Below are positions 16,141-25,266 of a stretch of DNA of 40,941 nucleotides, in pieces (position 1 is the stretch's first letter; the number at the start of each line of letters is the position of its first letter). The notes below the pieces were generated by a model. That model did no database searches, had not been told where the DNA came from, and saw only the letters and a list, made by a program, of their open reading frames with translations. The stretch is from a virus (taxonomy: Duplodnaviria > Heunggongvirae > Uroviricota > Caudoviricetes). A program made the position numbers and the translations under genes. The stretch is from IMG/VR virus record IMGVR_UViG_2526164598_000016. The stretch is one strand, 5' to 3'.

Positions 16141-16338
16141 ATGCTAAAACAGCAGGATATGACAGAAACCGCCAGAGTAGTGTTTAATGAATTAAGCGTT
16201 ACCGAACCGGCGACAGTCGGGGAGATAGCGCAGAATACTTACCTTTCACGCGAACGCTGCCAGTTAATACTGGCCCAGCTGGTTATGGCGGGTCTGGCAG
16301 ACTATCAGTTCGGTTGTTACAGACGCCTTCCGCAGTGA
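16141..16338 (+). CDS. Small winged-helix-like DNA-binding protein (66 aa)
   Basis: Internal ATG with AAAGGGAAAAAG upstream; …TVGEIAQNTYLSRERCQLILAQLVMAGL… HTH-like. Confidence 0.45.
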   Translation: MLKQQDMTETARVVFNELSVTEPATVGEIAQNTYLSRERCQLILAQLVMAGLADYQFGCYRRLPQ

Positions 16339-16348
16339 AGGCTTTTTT
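16325..16348 (+). terminator. Second intrinsic terminator, overlapping the small gene stop
   Basis: GCCTTC-CGCAGT-GAAGGC followed by TTTTTT. Confidence 0.5.
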
Positions 16349-16488
16349 ATTTGTGGTAAATGGGCGGCTGGTGGGTGTTAGGGGCACCCACCAGCCATCT
16401 GCTCATGCGTTGGGTTCACAAGCAAACCTCAGGCCCACTGCTTTGCGCAAAAGCAGAATGAGCCTATCAGAGACAGGCTTAATGATCC

Positions 16489-17538
16489 ATGCTTAATACT
16501 GTAAAAATATCCAGTTGTGAGTTAATCAACGCCGACTGCCTGGAATTTATCCGGTCGTTACCCGAAAATTCTGTTGACCTGATAGTCACGGACCCGCCGT
16601 ACTTTAAAGTGAAGCCTGAGGGCTGGGATAACCAGTGGAAGGGCGACGATGATTACCTGAAGTGGCTGGACCAGTGTCTGGCGCAGTTCTGGCGGGTGCT
16701 GAAACCTGCCGGAAGTCTTTACCTGTTCTGTGGTCATCGCCTGGCATCTGATATCGAAATCATGATGCGTGAACGCTTCAGTGTGCTGAACCATATTATC
16801 TGGGCGAAGCCGTCCGGACGCTGGAACGGATGCAACAAGGAAAGCCTGCGGGCGTATTTCCCCGCCACAGAGCGCATTCTGTTCGCGGAACATTATCAGG
16901 GGCCGTATCGTCCGAAAGATGCCGGGTATGCGGCGAAGGGCAGTGCACTGAAACAGCATGTGATGGCCCCGCTGATTTCTTACTTTCGTGATGCGCGCGT
17001 GGCCCTGGGGATAACGGCAAAACAGATTGCAGATGCCACAGGAAAGAAAAACATGGTGTCGCACTGGTTCAGTGCCAGTCAGTGGCAGCTACCGAACGAA
17101 AGCGATTATCTGAAATTACAGTCGCTGTTTGCCCGGGTGGCAGAAGAGAAACATCAGCGCGGTGAACTGGAAAAGCCCCACCACCAGCTGGTGGATACGT
17201 ATACGTCACTGAACCGGCAGTATGTGGAGCTGCAGAGTGAATATAAGCATCTGCGGCGGTATTTTGGTGTGACGGCGCAGGTGCCGTACACGGATGTGTG
17301 GACACATAAACCGGTGCAGTTCTATCCCGGGAAACATCCGTGCGAAAAACCGGCAGAAATGCTGCAGCAGATAATCAGCGCAAGCAGTCGTCCGGGTGAC
17401 CTGGTTGCAGATTTTTTTATGGGCTCAGGTTCAACGGTAAAAGCTGCACTGGCGCTCGGGCGTCGTGCGATTGGCGTTGAACTGGAGACCGGACGTTTTG
17501 AGCAGACAGTCAGGGAAGTTCAGGATTTAATCGTTTGA
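16489..17538 (+). CDS. DNA methyltransferase, beta-class N6A/N4C type (DPPY before the C-terminal FxGSGS motif)
   Basis: …LIVTDPPYF… near the N-terminus and …DFFMGSGST… near the C-terminus (permuted motif order). Confidence 0.85.
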   Translation: MLNTVKISSCELINADCLEFIRSLPENSVDLIVTDPPYFKVKPEGWDNQWKGDDDYLKWLDQCLAQFWRVLKPAGSLYLFCGHRLASDIEIMMRERFSVLNHIIWAKPSGRWNGCNKESLRAYFPATERILFAEHYQGPYRPKDAGYAAKGSALKQHVMAPLISYFRDARVALGITAKQIADATGKKNMVSHWFSASQWQLPNESDYLKLQSLFARVAEEKHQRGELEKPHHQLVDTYTSLNRQYVELQSEYKHLRRYFGVTAQVPYTDVWTHKPVQFYPGKHPCEKPAEMLQQIISASSRPGDLVADFFMGSGSTVKAALALGRRAIGVELETGRFEQTVREVQDLIV

Positions 17539-17587
17539 AACGGATGAGATTGCAGAATTAATTACGCACCATTATTATTCTGCTTCC

Positions 17588-17663
17588 GGCCCTTTAGCTC
17601 AGTGGTGAGAGCGAGCGACTCATAATCGCCAGGTCGCTGGTTCAAATCCAGCAAGGGCCACCA
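17588..17663 (+). tRNA. tRNA with CAT anticodon (Ile2/Met-type; ileZ-like of Stx phages)
   Basis: Cloverleaf by hand: acceptor stem GGCCCTT/AAGGGCC, anticodon loop CTCATAA, encoded CCA end. Confidence 0.85.
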
Positions 17664-17763
17664 TCACAAACCGCCATTAGCTTATCAGGAAGAGCAGACG
17701 ACACGATAACAGGGTTGTTGGTGCGGGGGCGGGTCCCCGATGGCGGTCCATTATCGGTATTCA

Positions 17764-17840
17764 GCGTTGTTAGCTCAGCCGGACAGAGCAATTGCCTTCT
17801 AAGCAATCGGTCACTGGTTCGAATCCAGTACAGCGCGCCA
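17764..17840 (+). tRNA. tRNA-Arg (anticodon TCT)
   Basis: Acceptor stem GCGTTGT/ACAGCGC, anticodon loop CTTCTAA, encoded CCA end. Confidence 0.85.
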
Positions 17841-17947
17841 TATTCATTCTTCCAGATTCCTTTCGGCAGAGCCTTATACTGAAATATACCTGGCTCAGGA
17901 TATTGTTGAAAATATTATATGTTTGTCAAAAATAAAAGTTCTGTTAA

Positions 17948-18304
17948 GTGTTGATTGAGTGTTTGTTATACGGTCTAATGGTTTTTTCAGCATTAAATAT
18001 TTATCATTCATATGGTGTGGGTAGAGTGAATATTGATGAGGCGTCGGGGTGTTTCATCCTTAGGCAGCGTATTGATATAGTCAATGCAGAACGAGCAAAG
18101 GCCTTCAGCCGTTTGACAGTTTTGTTCTGTACTCCTGATCGTCTTTCGGGAAGAGACGTTATTATTCTGAATAGTGATGCTATACAGAGGGTTTGCGATG
18201 AGTTCATGGTGGCTAATTCAGAATTATTTGCTCTTGTTCAGGAGTACAACAGAATAGCCAGGACCTGTGGTATGGATGAACTTCGGATTACTCATCTGGG
18301 GTAG
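17948..18304 (+). CDS. Hypothetical ORF in the cargo slot (118 codons from GTG; alternative ATG at 17978)
   Basis: Open frame only; no convincing SD; unknown product. Confidence 0.3.
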   Translation: MLIECLLYGLMVFSALNIYHSYGVGRVNIDEASGCFILRQRIDIVNAERAKAFSRLTVLFCTPDRLSGRDVIILNSDAIQRVCDEFMVANSELFALVQEYNRIARTCGMDELRITHLG

Positions 18305-18696
18305 ATACATATCTGGATTATCACCGGTTACGGTAAAAAGTGATTGCTTACTGTTTTTGTGAATGGCATTGCAGCAGCCGGATAATGTCAGTGCTGGCTG
18401 ACGGTGTGCTGGTGGCGGGTGTGGTGGTTGCTGCTTTCCCGTTGCTGAAAAAGAAAACGCCAGACTGTTAGCCGGGTATCAGTTAGCGGGAGAAATTTTT
18501 AAATACTTCACAATTCAGGCGGTTGACTGTTGTCTGGTTTGCGGGGAGTTTGTTAAAAGAAACTGGCATGGTGAATCCCCCTGTGCGGAGGGGCAATCAG
18601 CGAGTAGGTATATGGGATAATCGCGGATTCAGGTGCTGGTACTGAATTCACCGGGAGGCACCCGGCACCATGCAATGGCACATAGCGCCACTCTCC

Positions 18697-18731
18697 AGCC
18701 CCTCTCCGGAGGGGCTGTTTATATTGATTTT
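18697..18731 (+). terminator. Hairpin plus T-rich tract (plus-strand terminator-like) inside the cargo slot
   Basis: AGCCCCTC-TCCG-GAGGGGCT followed by GTTTATATTGATTTT. Confidence 0.45.
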
Positions 18732-18760
18732 GTCAGATGTGAGTAAACTCCTTATGGACT

Positions 18761-19087
18761 TTATTGTTTTAGCCCATAAGGACATATTTGCAGAGTGCAA
18801 CGGTTATTAAAGCATTCATTCAATACGTTATCTGTATTTGTAGGGCATTCCTGGCTGTTTTTGATTAAATTCCAGAATGTTTTATTGAATGGTACTACGT
18901 TGTAAATGGTTACAGGTAGCACTTTGTTATTGAGCATGATGCCTGTGTGAGTCAGTGTAAATATACTTTCAGGAGGTAAGAAAGCATCCGATTGATACCA
19001 GATTATTAATTTTATTTTACTCCATATGACTGAAAAAGATATTCCGCATGATGGCTGGATAACTGTATCAATCACAATCCACTTCAT
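18761..19087 (-). CDS. Hypothetical Cys-containing protein (108 aa) in the cargo slot, opposite orientation to late genes
   Basis: ATG preceded by AAGGA at 7-nt spacing (reverse-complement reading); AT-rich codon usage; four Cys in the C-terminal third. Confidence 0.35.
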   Translation of the reverse strand: MKWIVIDTVIQPSCGISFSVIWSKIKLIIWYQSDAFLPPESIFTLTHTGIMLNNKVLPVTIYNVVPFNKTFWNLIKNSQECPTNTDNVLNECFNNRCTLQICPYGLKQ

Positions 19088-19347
19088 TTAGTTTCCTTGT
19101 TTATGCCTTGCTGGTGATGTTCTGAAAAGTATAAATGATATTTTTGATTGTAAACCATAGAGCAGAATTATTTTTCTGATGTTGTTTATTGTTTATTTAA
19201 ATGCAGGGTGGTTTATATCTCGTCTTGTAGTTTATCCATGCATATCTGCTTGATGATGAGGTTTTTAATTAAGGTATGGTTTTGTGTTTTTTCTGTATTA
19301 CATGTCAGGTATTTTAAAGAATCATTTTTCAGATGGTGGAAAGAACC

Positions 19348-21201
19348 ATGGCATTTAAACACTATGATGTTGTCAGGGCGGCGTCGCCGTCAGATCTTGC
19401 GGAAAAGCTGACACATAAACTGAAAGAGGGCTGGCAGCCGTTTGGTAGTCCGGTGGCCATAACCCCTTATACCCTGATGCAGGCGATTGCAGCAGAAGGT
19501 GATGTGGTCGTCAGTGGTGCAACTGAGCCGGAGTGGTACTACGTCATCGTACTGGCCGGGCAGTCCAATGCCATGGCTTACGGTGAAGGGCTTCCGCTTC
19601 CGGATTCATACGATGCGCCCCATCCGCGCATTAAGCAACTGGCCCGTCGTAACACAGTGACTCCCGGTGGTGAAGTATGCGTATTTAACGACATCATTCC
19701 TGCTGACCATTGTCTGCATGATGTTCAGGATATGAGTACGATTAACCATCCCCGGGCTGACCTGAGCAAAGGGCAGTACGGCTGTGTCGGACAGGGCTTA
19801 CATATTGCCAAAAAACTGCTTCCGTATATCCCTAATAACGCGGGGATCCTGCTGGTACCATGCTGTCGTGGTGGTTCGGCATTCACCCAGGGCACGGAGG
19901 GGACATTCAGCGAGTCCACGGGGGCCAGTCAGGATTCGGCTCGCTGGGGAGTGGGTAAGCCGTTATATCAGGATCTGCTTTTCCGCACGAAGGCAGCATT
20001 GCAGAAAAACCCGAAAAACGTTTTGCTGGCGATATGCTGGATGCAGGGGGAATTCGATATGACGAATGCCAGTTACGCCCAGCAGCCAGCAGCATTTCTT
20101 GCAATGGTACAGCAGTTCCGTGCTGACCTTGCCGGGCTGGCGGCGCAGTGTCACGGTGGAAGTCCGGCATCAGTCCCCTGGATTTGTGGCGACACGACAT
20201 ACGCGTGGAAACAAGAACACGGTACGCAATATGAAGTGGTATATGGTGCATATAAAGGTAAAGAATCCCAGCAGATTTATTTTGTTCCCTTTATGACCGA
20301 TGGTAGCGGAGTTAATACACCGACAAACAACCCGTCAGAAGATCCTGATATTGTCGGGTCTGGTTATTACGGTTCGGCATCCCGAACGAACAAAAACTGG
20401 GTATCATCAAATCGCCCGACGCATTTCAGCTCATGGGCGCGTCGTGGCATTATTCCCGATCGTATGGCAACCGCTATTCTGAACGCAGCCGGGCGCACCT
20501 CAGCTTTCATCAGTGGTAAGGCACCGGAAATCAAACCCTCGCCCGGCGGCAACACGCCATCGGGGCCGTCTGAAGATGCATCCGTACGCACAATCTCCCT
20601 GTTGCCGACAGCCGGAGAGGCTGCTGCGCAGGGCTGGACCATTAAGGACGGCGGAATTCAGTTGTCGGGTGGTGTATTTAAGATCGCCAAGCAGAGCAAT
20701 AAAACCTGGTCCCTGATGCATCCGGTGGATGACGCAGTCTCCCTGCTGACACGGGGTGGCAGACTGAGCTGTAAGTTTCGACTGTCAGGCGCACTGACCA
20801 ACAACCAGTTCGGCCTGGGAATTTATCTGTATACCGATGTAGCGTTACCTGACGTCGTGGCGATGACCGGGACTGGTAACCCGTTCCTGATGTCGTTCTT
20901 CACCCAGACCACAGACGGCAAACTGAATCTGATGCATCACAAGAAAGCAGGAAACACAAAGTTGGGCGAGTTCGGGAATTACAGTAATGACTGGCAGACG
21001 CTGGAACTGGTGTTCACCGCCGGCAGTGCCACGGTTACTCCGAAACTGAATGGAGTGGCTGGCCCGGCATTCCAGGTCATAAAAGACAGTCTGACACTGG
21101 GGCTGAATGCGCTGACGCTGACGGATATTACCAAAAATGCAGCGTATGGCGTTGAGATAGAAAGTCTGGTGCTGGAGATAAATGCACCGGCATCATCATA
21201 A
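19348..21201 (+). CDS. nanS: NanS-p-like sialate O-acetylesterase (N-terminal DUF1737-like region, SGNH/SASA hydrolase core)
   Basis: GQSNA motif (…VIVLAGQSNAMAYGEG…); matches prophage nanS-p genes found downstream of stx (recalled); ATG at 19348 with GGAAAGA SD. Confidence 0.8.
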   Translation: MAFKHYDVVRAASPSDLAEKLTHKLKEGWQPFGSPVAITPYTLMQAIAAEGDVVVSGATEPEWYYVIVLAGQSNAMAYGEGLPLPDSYDAPHPRIKQLARRNTVTPGGEVCVFNDIIPADHCLHDVQDMSTINHPRADLSKGQYGCVGQGLHIAKKLLPYIPNNAGILLVPCCRGGSAFTQGTEGTFSESTGASQDSARWGVGKPLYQDLLFRTKAALQKNPKNVLLAICWMQGEFDMTNASYAQQPAAFLAMVQQFRADLAGLAAQCHGGSPASVPWICGDTTYAWKQEHGTQYEVVYGAYKGKESQQIYFVPFMTDGSGVNTPTNNPSEDPDIVGSGYYGSASRTNKNWVSSNRPTHFSSWARRGIIPDRMATAILNAAGRTSAFISGKAPEIKPSPGGNTPSGPSEDASVRTISLLPTAGEAAAQGWTIKDGGIQLSGGVFKIAKQSNKTWSLMHPVDDAVSLLTRGGRLSCKFRLSGALTNNQFGLGIYLYTDVALPDVVAMTGTGNPFLMSFFTQTTDGKLNLMHHKKAGNTKLGEFGNYSNDWQTLELVFTAGSATVTPKLNGVAGPAFQVIKDSLTLGLNALTLTDITKNAAYGVEIESLVLEINAPASS

Positions 21202-21332
21202 AAAGTGAGCCAGTCAAATGGAAGGTATCGTTAAACTCACCGGTAGTGTCAGTGGGTCGTCTGAGATGCCTGCATGAGTTATCAGAGCCATCAGTACTTA
21301 ACTGGTGGCTTTTTTTATTGTTGTCAGCTTCC

Positions 21333-21340
21333 GGATAACG
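21333..21340. repeat. Target-site duplication GGATAACG (left copy)
   Basis: Identical 8-mer directly flanks both IS ends (second copy at 23783-23790). Confidence 0.8.
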
Positions 21341-21411
21341 GTAAGCGTACAGCCTGAACCGTCTGGTCAGAATCTGACAAATTAGACAAAGTGGTGTCCA
21401 CCAAATAAGTA

Positions 21412-21813
21412 GTGGGAACCAAAGTGTCAGATATGCAGAAAAATGTGACTCCCGGCAGGCGAAAAGGCTGCCCTAATTATCCTCCCGAATTTAAACAGCA
21501 GCTCGTTGCTGCCTCCTGTGAACCCGGGATATCCATCTCAAAACTTGCTCTTGAAAATGGCATTAACGCCAATCTGTTGTTCAAATGGCGACAACAATGG
21601 CGCGAGGGAAAGCTGCTATTACCTTCTTCAGAGAGCCCCCAGCTACTTCCTGTGACTCTCGATGCAGCTGCCGAACAGCCAGAATCGCTCGCAGAGGACC
21701 CGGAAACCCTCAGTATCAGCTGTGAGGTAACGTTCCGGCACGGGACGCTCCGCTTCAATGGCAATGTCAGCGAAAAGCTCCTGACTCTGCTGATACAGGA
21801 ACTGAAGCGATGA
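21412..21813 (+). CDS. IS66 accessory protein TnpA (orf1); alternative ATG start at 21433
   Basis: HTH-containing small ORF typical of the first IS66 gene. Confidence 0.75.
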   Translation: MGTKVSDMQKNVTPGRRKGCPNYPPEFKQQLVAASCEPGISISKLALENGINANLLFKWRQQWREGKLLLPSSESPQLLPVTLDAAAEQPESLAEDPETLSISCEVTFRHGTLRFNGNVSEKLLTLLIQELKR

Positions 21814-22157
21814 TCCCGTTACCTTCCGGGACCAAAATTTGGCTGGTTGCCGGTATCACCGATATGAGAAATGGCTTCAACGGCCTGGCTGCGAAAGTAC
21901 AAACGGCGCTGAAAGACGATCCCATGTCCGGCCATGTTTTCATTTTCCGGGGCCGCAGCGGCAGTCAGGTTAAACTGCTGTGGTCCACCGGTGACGGACT
22001 GTGCCTCCTGACCAAACGGCTGGAGCGTGGGCGCTTCGCCTGGCCGTCAGCCCGTGATGGCAAAGTGTTCCTTACGCAGGCGCAGCTGGCGATGCTGCTG
22101 GAAGGTATCGACTGGCGACAGCCCAAGCGGTTGCTGACCTCCCTGACCATGCTGTAA
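21810..22157 (+). CDS. IS66 TnpB (orf2)
   Basis: [27 protein letters not shown]… typical IS66 orf2; ATGA-coupled to orf1. Confidence 0.85.
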   Translation: MIPLPSGTKIWLVAGITDMRNGFNGLAAKVQTALKDDPMSGHVFIFRGRSGSQVKLLWSTGDGLCLLTKRLERGRFAWPSARDGKVFLTQAQLAMLLEGIDWRQPKRLLTSLTML

Positions 22158-22206
22158 ATCTCTTTATCCTGGTTGTCACAGAATAAGCCCGGTAAAATAC
22201 GGGCTT

Positions 22207-23745
22207 ATGAACGACATCTCTTCTGACGACATCTTCCTGCTGAAACAGCGCCTGGCCGAACAGGAAGCGCTGATCCACGCCCTGCAGGAAAAGCTGAGCA
22301 ACCGGGAGCGCGAAATAGACCATCTGCAGGCGCAGCTGGATAAACTCCGCCGGATGAACTTCGGCAGTCGTTCCGAAAAAGTCTCCCGCCGTATCGCACA
22401 AATGGAAGCCGATCTGAACCGGCTTCAGAAAGAGAGCGATACGCTGACTGGTAGGGTGTATGACCCGGCTGTACAGCGTCCGTTGCGTCAGACCCGCACC
22501 CGTAAGCCGTTCCCTGAATCACTACCCCGTGACGAAAAGCGACTGTTGCCTGCGGCGCCGTGCTGCCCGAACTGCGGCGGTTCACTGAGCTATCTGGGCG
22601 AGGATACCGCCGAACAGCTGGAGTTGATGCGTAGTGCCTTCCGGGTTATCCGGACGGTACGGGAAAAACATGCCTGTACTCAGTGCGATGCCATCGTGCA
22701 GGCACCTGCACCTTCGCGGCCCATCGAGCGGGGTATCGCCGGACCGGGGCTGCTGGCCCGCGTGCTGACCTCGAAGTATGCAGAGCACACCCCGCTGTAT
22801 CGCCAGTCAGAAATATACGGCCGGCAAGGTGTGGAGCTGAGCCGTTCACTGCTGTCGGGCTGGGTGGATGCATGCTGCCGGCTGCTGTCTCCGCTGGAAG
22901 AGGCGCTTCATGGCTATGTCATGACTGACGGCAAACTCCATGCCGATGATACCCCGGTCCAGGTACTGCTGCCGGGTAATAAGAAGACGAAGACCGGGCG
23001 GTTGTGGGCGTATGTTCGTGATGACCGCAATGCCGGGTCAGCGTTGGCACCTGCAGTGTGGTTCGCTTACAGCCCGGACAGAAAAGGCATCCATCCGCAG
23101 ACTCATCTTGCCTGCTTCAGCGGTGTGCTGCAAGCGGATGCGTACGCCGGGTTCAACGAGCTGTATCGCAATGGTGGGATAACGGAAGCTGCCTGCTGGG
23201 CTCATGCCCGCCGAAAGATCCACGATGTGCACGTCCGCATCCCGTCAGCACTGACGGAAGAAGCCCTGGAGCAGATCGGTCAGTTGTACGCCATAGAGGC
23301 GGATATAAGGGGAATGCCGGCAGAGCAGCGGCTTGCTGAACGTCAGCGAAAAACGAAACCGCTGTTGAAATCCCTGGAAAGCTGGTTGCGTGAAAAGATG
23401 AAAACCCTGTCGCGACACTCAGAACTGGCGAAAGCGTTCGCATACGCCCTGAACCAGTGGCCGGCGCTGACGTACTATGCAGATGATGGCTGGGCTGAGG
23501 CGGACAATAACATCGCTGAAAATGCGTTGCGGATGGTCAGTCTGGGCCGCAAAAACTACCTGTTCTTCGGTTCGGATCATGGAGGAGAGCGGGGAGCGCT
23601 GCTGTACAGCCTGATCGGGACGTGCAAACTGAACGGAGTGGAGCCAGAAAGCTACCTCCGCTATGTCCTTGACGTCATAGCCGACTGGCCGATAAACCGG
23701 GTCGGCGAACTGCTCCCCTGGCGCGTAGCACTGCCGACTGAATAA
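22207..23745 (+). CDS. IS66-family transposase TnpC
   Basis: 512-aa ORF with N-terminal leucine zipper, CxxC…CxxC zinc ribbon and DDE-type core, as in IS66 transposases. Confidence 0.9.
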   Translation: MNDISSDDIFLLKQRLAEQEALIHALQEKLSNREREIDHLQAQLDKLRRMNFGSRSEKVSRRIAQMEADLNRLQKESDTLTGRVYDPAVQRPLRQTRTRKPFPESLPRDEKRLLPAAPCCPNCGGSLSYLGEDTAEQLELMRSAFRVIRTVREKHACTQCDAIVQAPAPSRPIERGIAGPGLLARVLTSKYAEHTPLYRQSEIYGRQGVELSRSLLSGWVDACCRLLSPLEEALHGYVMTDGKLHADDTPVQVLLPGNKKTKTGRLWAYVRDDRNAGSALAPAVWFAYSPDRKGIHPQTHLACFSGVLQADAYAGFNELYRNGGITEAACWAHARRKIHDVHVRIPSALTEEALEQIGQLYAIEADIRGMPAEQRLAERQRKTKPLLKSLESWLREKMKTLSRHSELAKAFAYALNQWPALTYYADDGWAEADNNIAENALRMVSLGRKNYLFFGSDHGGERGALLYSLIGTCKLNGVEPESYLRYVLDVIADWPINRVGELLPWRVALPTE

Positions 23746-23782
23746 CACATCCCCGTCAATACGGTTCTTGCTGCACGCTTAC

Positions 23783-23790
23783 GGATAACG
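23783..23790. repeat. Target-site duplication GGATAACG (right copy)
   Basis: Matches 21333-21340. Confidence 0.8.
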
Positions 23791-23801
23791 GGAGACGGGG
23801 T

Positions 23802-24017
23802 ATGTACCAGATGGAAAAAATCACAACAGGTGTGTCATACACCACGTCAGCGGTGGGAACGGGCTACTGGTTCCTGCAGTTGCTGGACAGGGTTTCCCCG
23901 TCTCAGTGGGCGGCAATAGGCGTGCTGGGGAGTCTGCTGTTTGGGCTGCTGACATATCTGACTAACCTGTATTTCAAAATCAGAGAGGACCGTCGTAAGG
24001 CTGCACGGGGAGAGTAA
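23802..24017 (+). CDS. S: Holin (lambdoid S-type, 71 aa)
   Basis: [29 protein letters not shown]…[15 protein letters not shown]; dual-start-like MYQM; GGAG SD at 23791-23794. Confidence 0.85.
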   Translation: MYQMEKITTGVSYTTSAVGTGYWFLQLLDRVSPSQWAAIGVLGSLLFGLLTYLTNLYFKIREDRRKAARGE

Positions 24018-24021
24018 TTCA

Positions 24022-24372
24022 ATGACTCAAAACTATGAACTGATTGTGAAAGGGATCCGCAATTTTGAGAATAAAGTTACGGTAACTTTAGCGTTACGGG
24101 ACAAAAAACGCTTTGACGGTGAAATTTTTGACCTGGACATCTCGCTGGACCGTGTTGAAGGTGCCGCGCTGGAGTTTTATGAGGCAGCAGCCAGAAGGAG
24201 CATCAGACAGGTCTTCCTGGATGTTGCTGCCGGGTTATGTGAAGGGGATGAGCAGTCGCCGGAAAAGCGCCCCGTAATTTTAGAGGCGCAGAATGTGTGG
24301 ATAACCTACAAAGGAAAGCTACCAGGAAGAATTACTGGTTCTCTGAAGACTCCTCCGGAATCACAACCTTAA
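24022..24372 (+). CDS. Hypothetical protein (116 aa) between holin and endolysin
   Basis: ATG with GGAGAG SD; no assignable motif. Confidence 0.55.
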   Translation: MTQNYELIVKGIRNFENKVTVTLALRDKKRFDGEIFDLDISLDRVEGAALEFYEAAARRSIRQVFLDVAAGLCEGDEQSPEKRPVILEAQNVWITYKGKLPGRITGSLKTPPESQP

Positions 24373-24435
24373 GTCACTGACCGGAACAGATAAACCTGTC
24401 CGTGGGCAGAAACCGATAAATCCTGATAAATATCC

Positions 24436-24969
24436 ATGAACGCAAAAATCAGATACGGCCTGTCGGCTGCCGTTCTGGCACTGATTGCCGCTGGTGCGCC
24501 TGCGCCTGACATTCTCGACCAGTTTCTGGATGAAAAGGAAGGTAACCACACCACGGCATACCGTGATGGCGCGGGTATCTGGACCATCTGCCGCGGTGCC
24601 ATCCTGGTGGATGGCAAACCTGTCGTTCCGGGCATGAAGTTGTCGAAGGAAAAATGCGACCGGGTTAACGCCATTGAGCGTGATAAGGCGCTGGCATGGG
24701 TGGAGAAAAACATCAAAGTGCCATTGAGCGAACCCCAGAAAGCGGGGATCGCGTCATTCTGTCCGTACAACATTGGTCCCGGTAAGTGTTTCCCGTCGAC
24801 GTTTTACAGACGAATTAATGCTGGCGATCGCAGGGGAGCATGTGAGGCGATTCGCTGGTGGATTAAGGACGGTGGCAGAGACTGCCGTATTCGTTCAAAT
24901 AACTGCTATGGACAGGTCTCACGGCGTGACCAGGAGAGCGCGCTGGCGTGCTGGGGTATCGACAGATAA
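24436..24969 (+). CDS. R: SAR-endolysin (phage lysozyme with N-terminal signal-anchor-release segment)
   Basis: MNAKIRYGLSAAVLALIAAGAPAP… followed by a lysozyme-like core. Confidence 0.85.
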   Translation: MNAKIRYGLSAAVLALIAAGAPAPDILDQFLDEKEGNHTTAYRDGAGIWTICRGAILVDGKPVVPGMKLSKEKCDRVNAIERDKALAWVEKNIKVPLSEPQKAGIASFCPYNIGPGKCFPSTFYRRINAGDRRGACEAIRWWIKDGGRDCRIRSNNCYGQVSRRDQESALACWGIDR

Positions 24970-25127
24970 GCAGAATATTTTGCTGAAAATAAGGCATGGC
25001 CACGCGGGCGGATAACATGAAATCCTGCGAAGTGGCGAAACGTAAGTGAATAAAAGTAAAAACCCCGTTTGTTGGCACCAAGCGGGGTTTTGTGTTTCCT
25101 GACTCCGGAAAAGTCAAAGGAGAAAGT

Positions 25128-25265
25128 GTGTTTGATTTTAGCAAACTGATTCGGGAGATTCGAGTGGTGGCTGAAAAATTATCCACCTGGAAGTTCATTC
25201 TTATCTGGCTGGTGTTTGTGATTATGGCCTCCGGTTATTTCATCGGTCAGATACGCTGGTGGTGA
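25128..25265 (+). CDS. Possible 45-aa membrane peptide between R and Rz (not in ORF track)
   Basis: GTG start with AAAGGAGA SD; hydrophobic core WKFILIWLVFVIMASGYFIG; stop 1 nt before the Rz ATG. Confidence 0.35.
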   Translation: MFDFSKLIREIRVVAEKLSTWKFILIWLVFVIMASGYFIGQIRWW

Positions 25266-25266
25266 A

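Larger units (their letters stand above)
21341..23782 (+). mobile_element. IS66-family insertion sequence (2442 bp; ISEc8-like)
   Basis: Imperfect terminal inverted repeats beginning GTAAGCG (left GTAAGCGTACAGCCTGAACCGT, right reverse complement GTAAGCGTGCAGCAAGAACCGT); three-ORF IS66 organisation; 8-bp TSD. Confidence 0.85.

Noticed and set aside
17664-17763. Possible third tRNA between the two tRNAs (Stx phages often carry three)
   Set aside because: No acceptor stem/anticodon arm combination could be folded by hand; treated as spacer or degenerate remnant.
17841-19347. Shiga toxin A/B subunit genes
   Set aside because: No ORF of appropriate size with A-subunit or B-pentamer features was found in the slot; only the unrelated ORFs reported above.
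22205-23748. Several minus- and plus-strand ORFs overlapping the IS66 transposase
   Set aside because: Alternative frames of the GC-rich transposase gene; the IS66 three-ORF layout accounts for the region.
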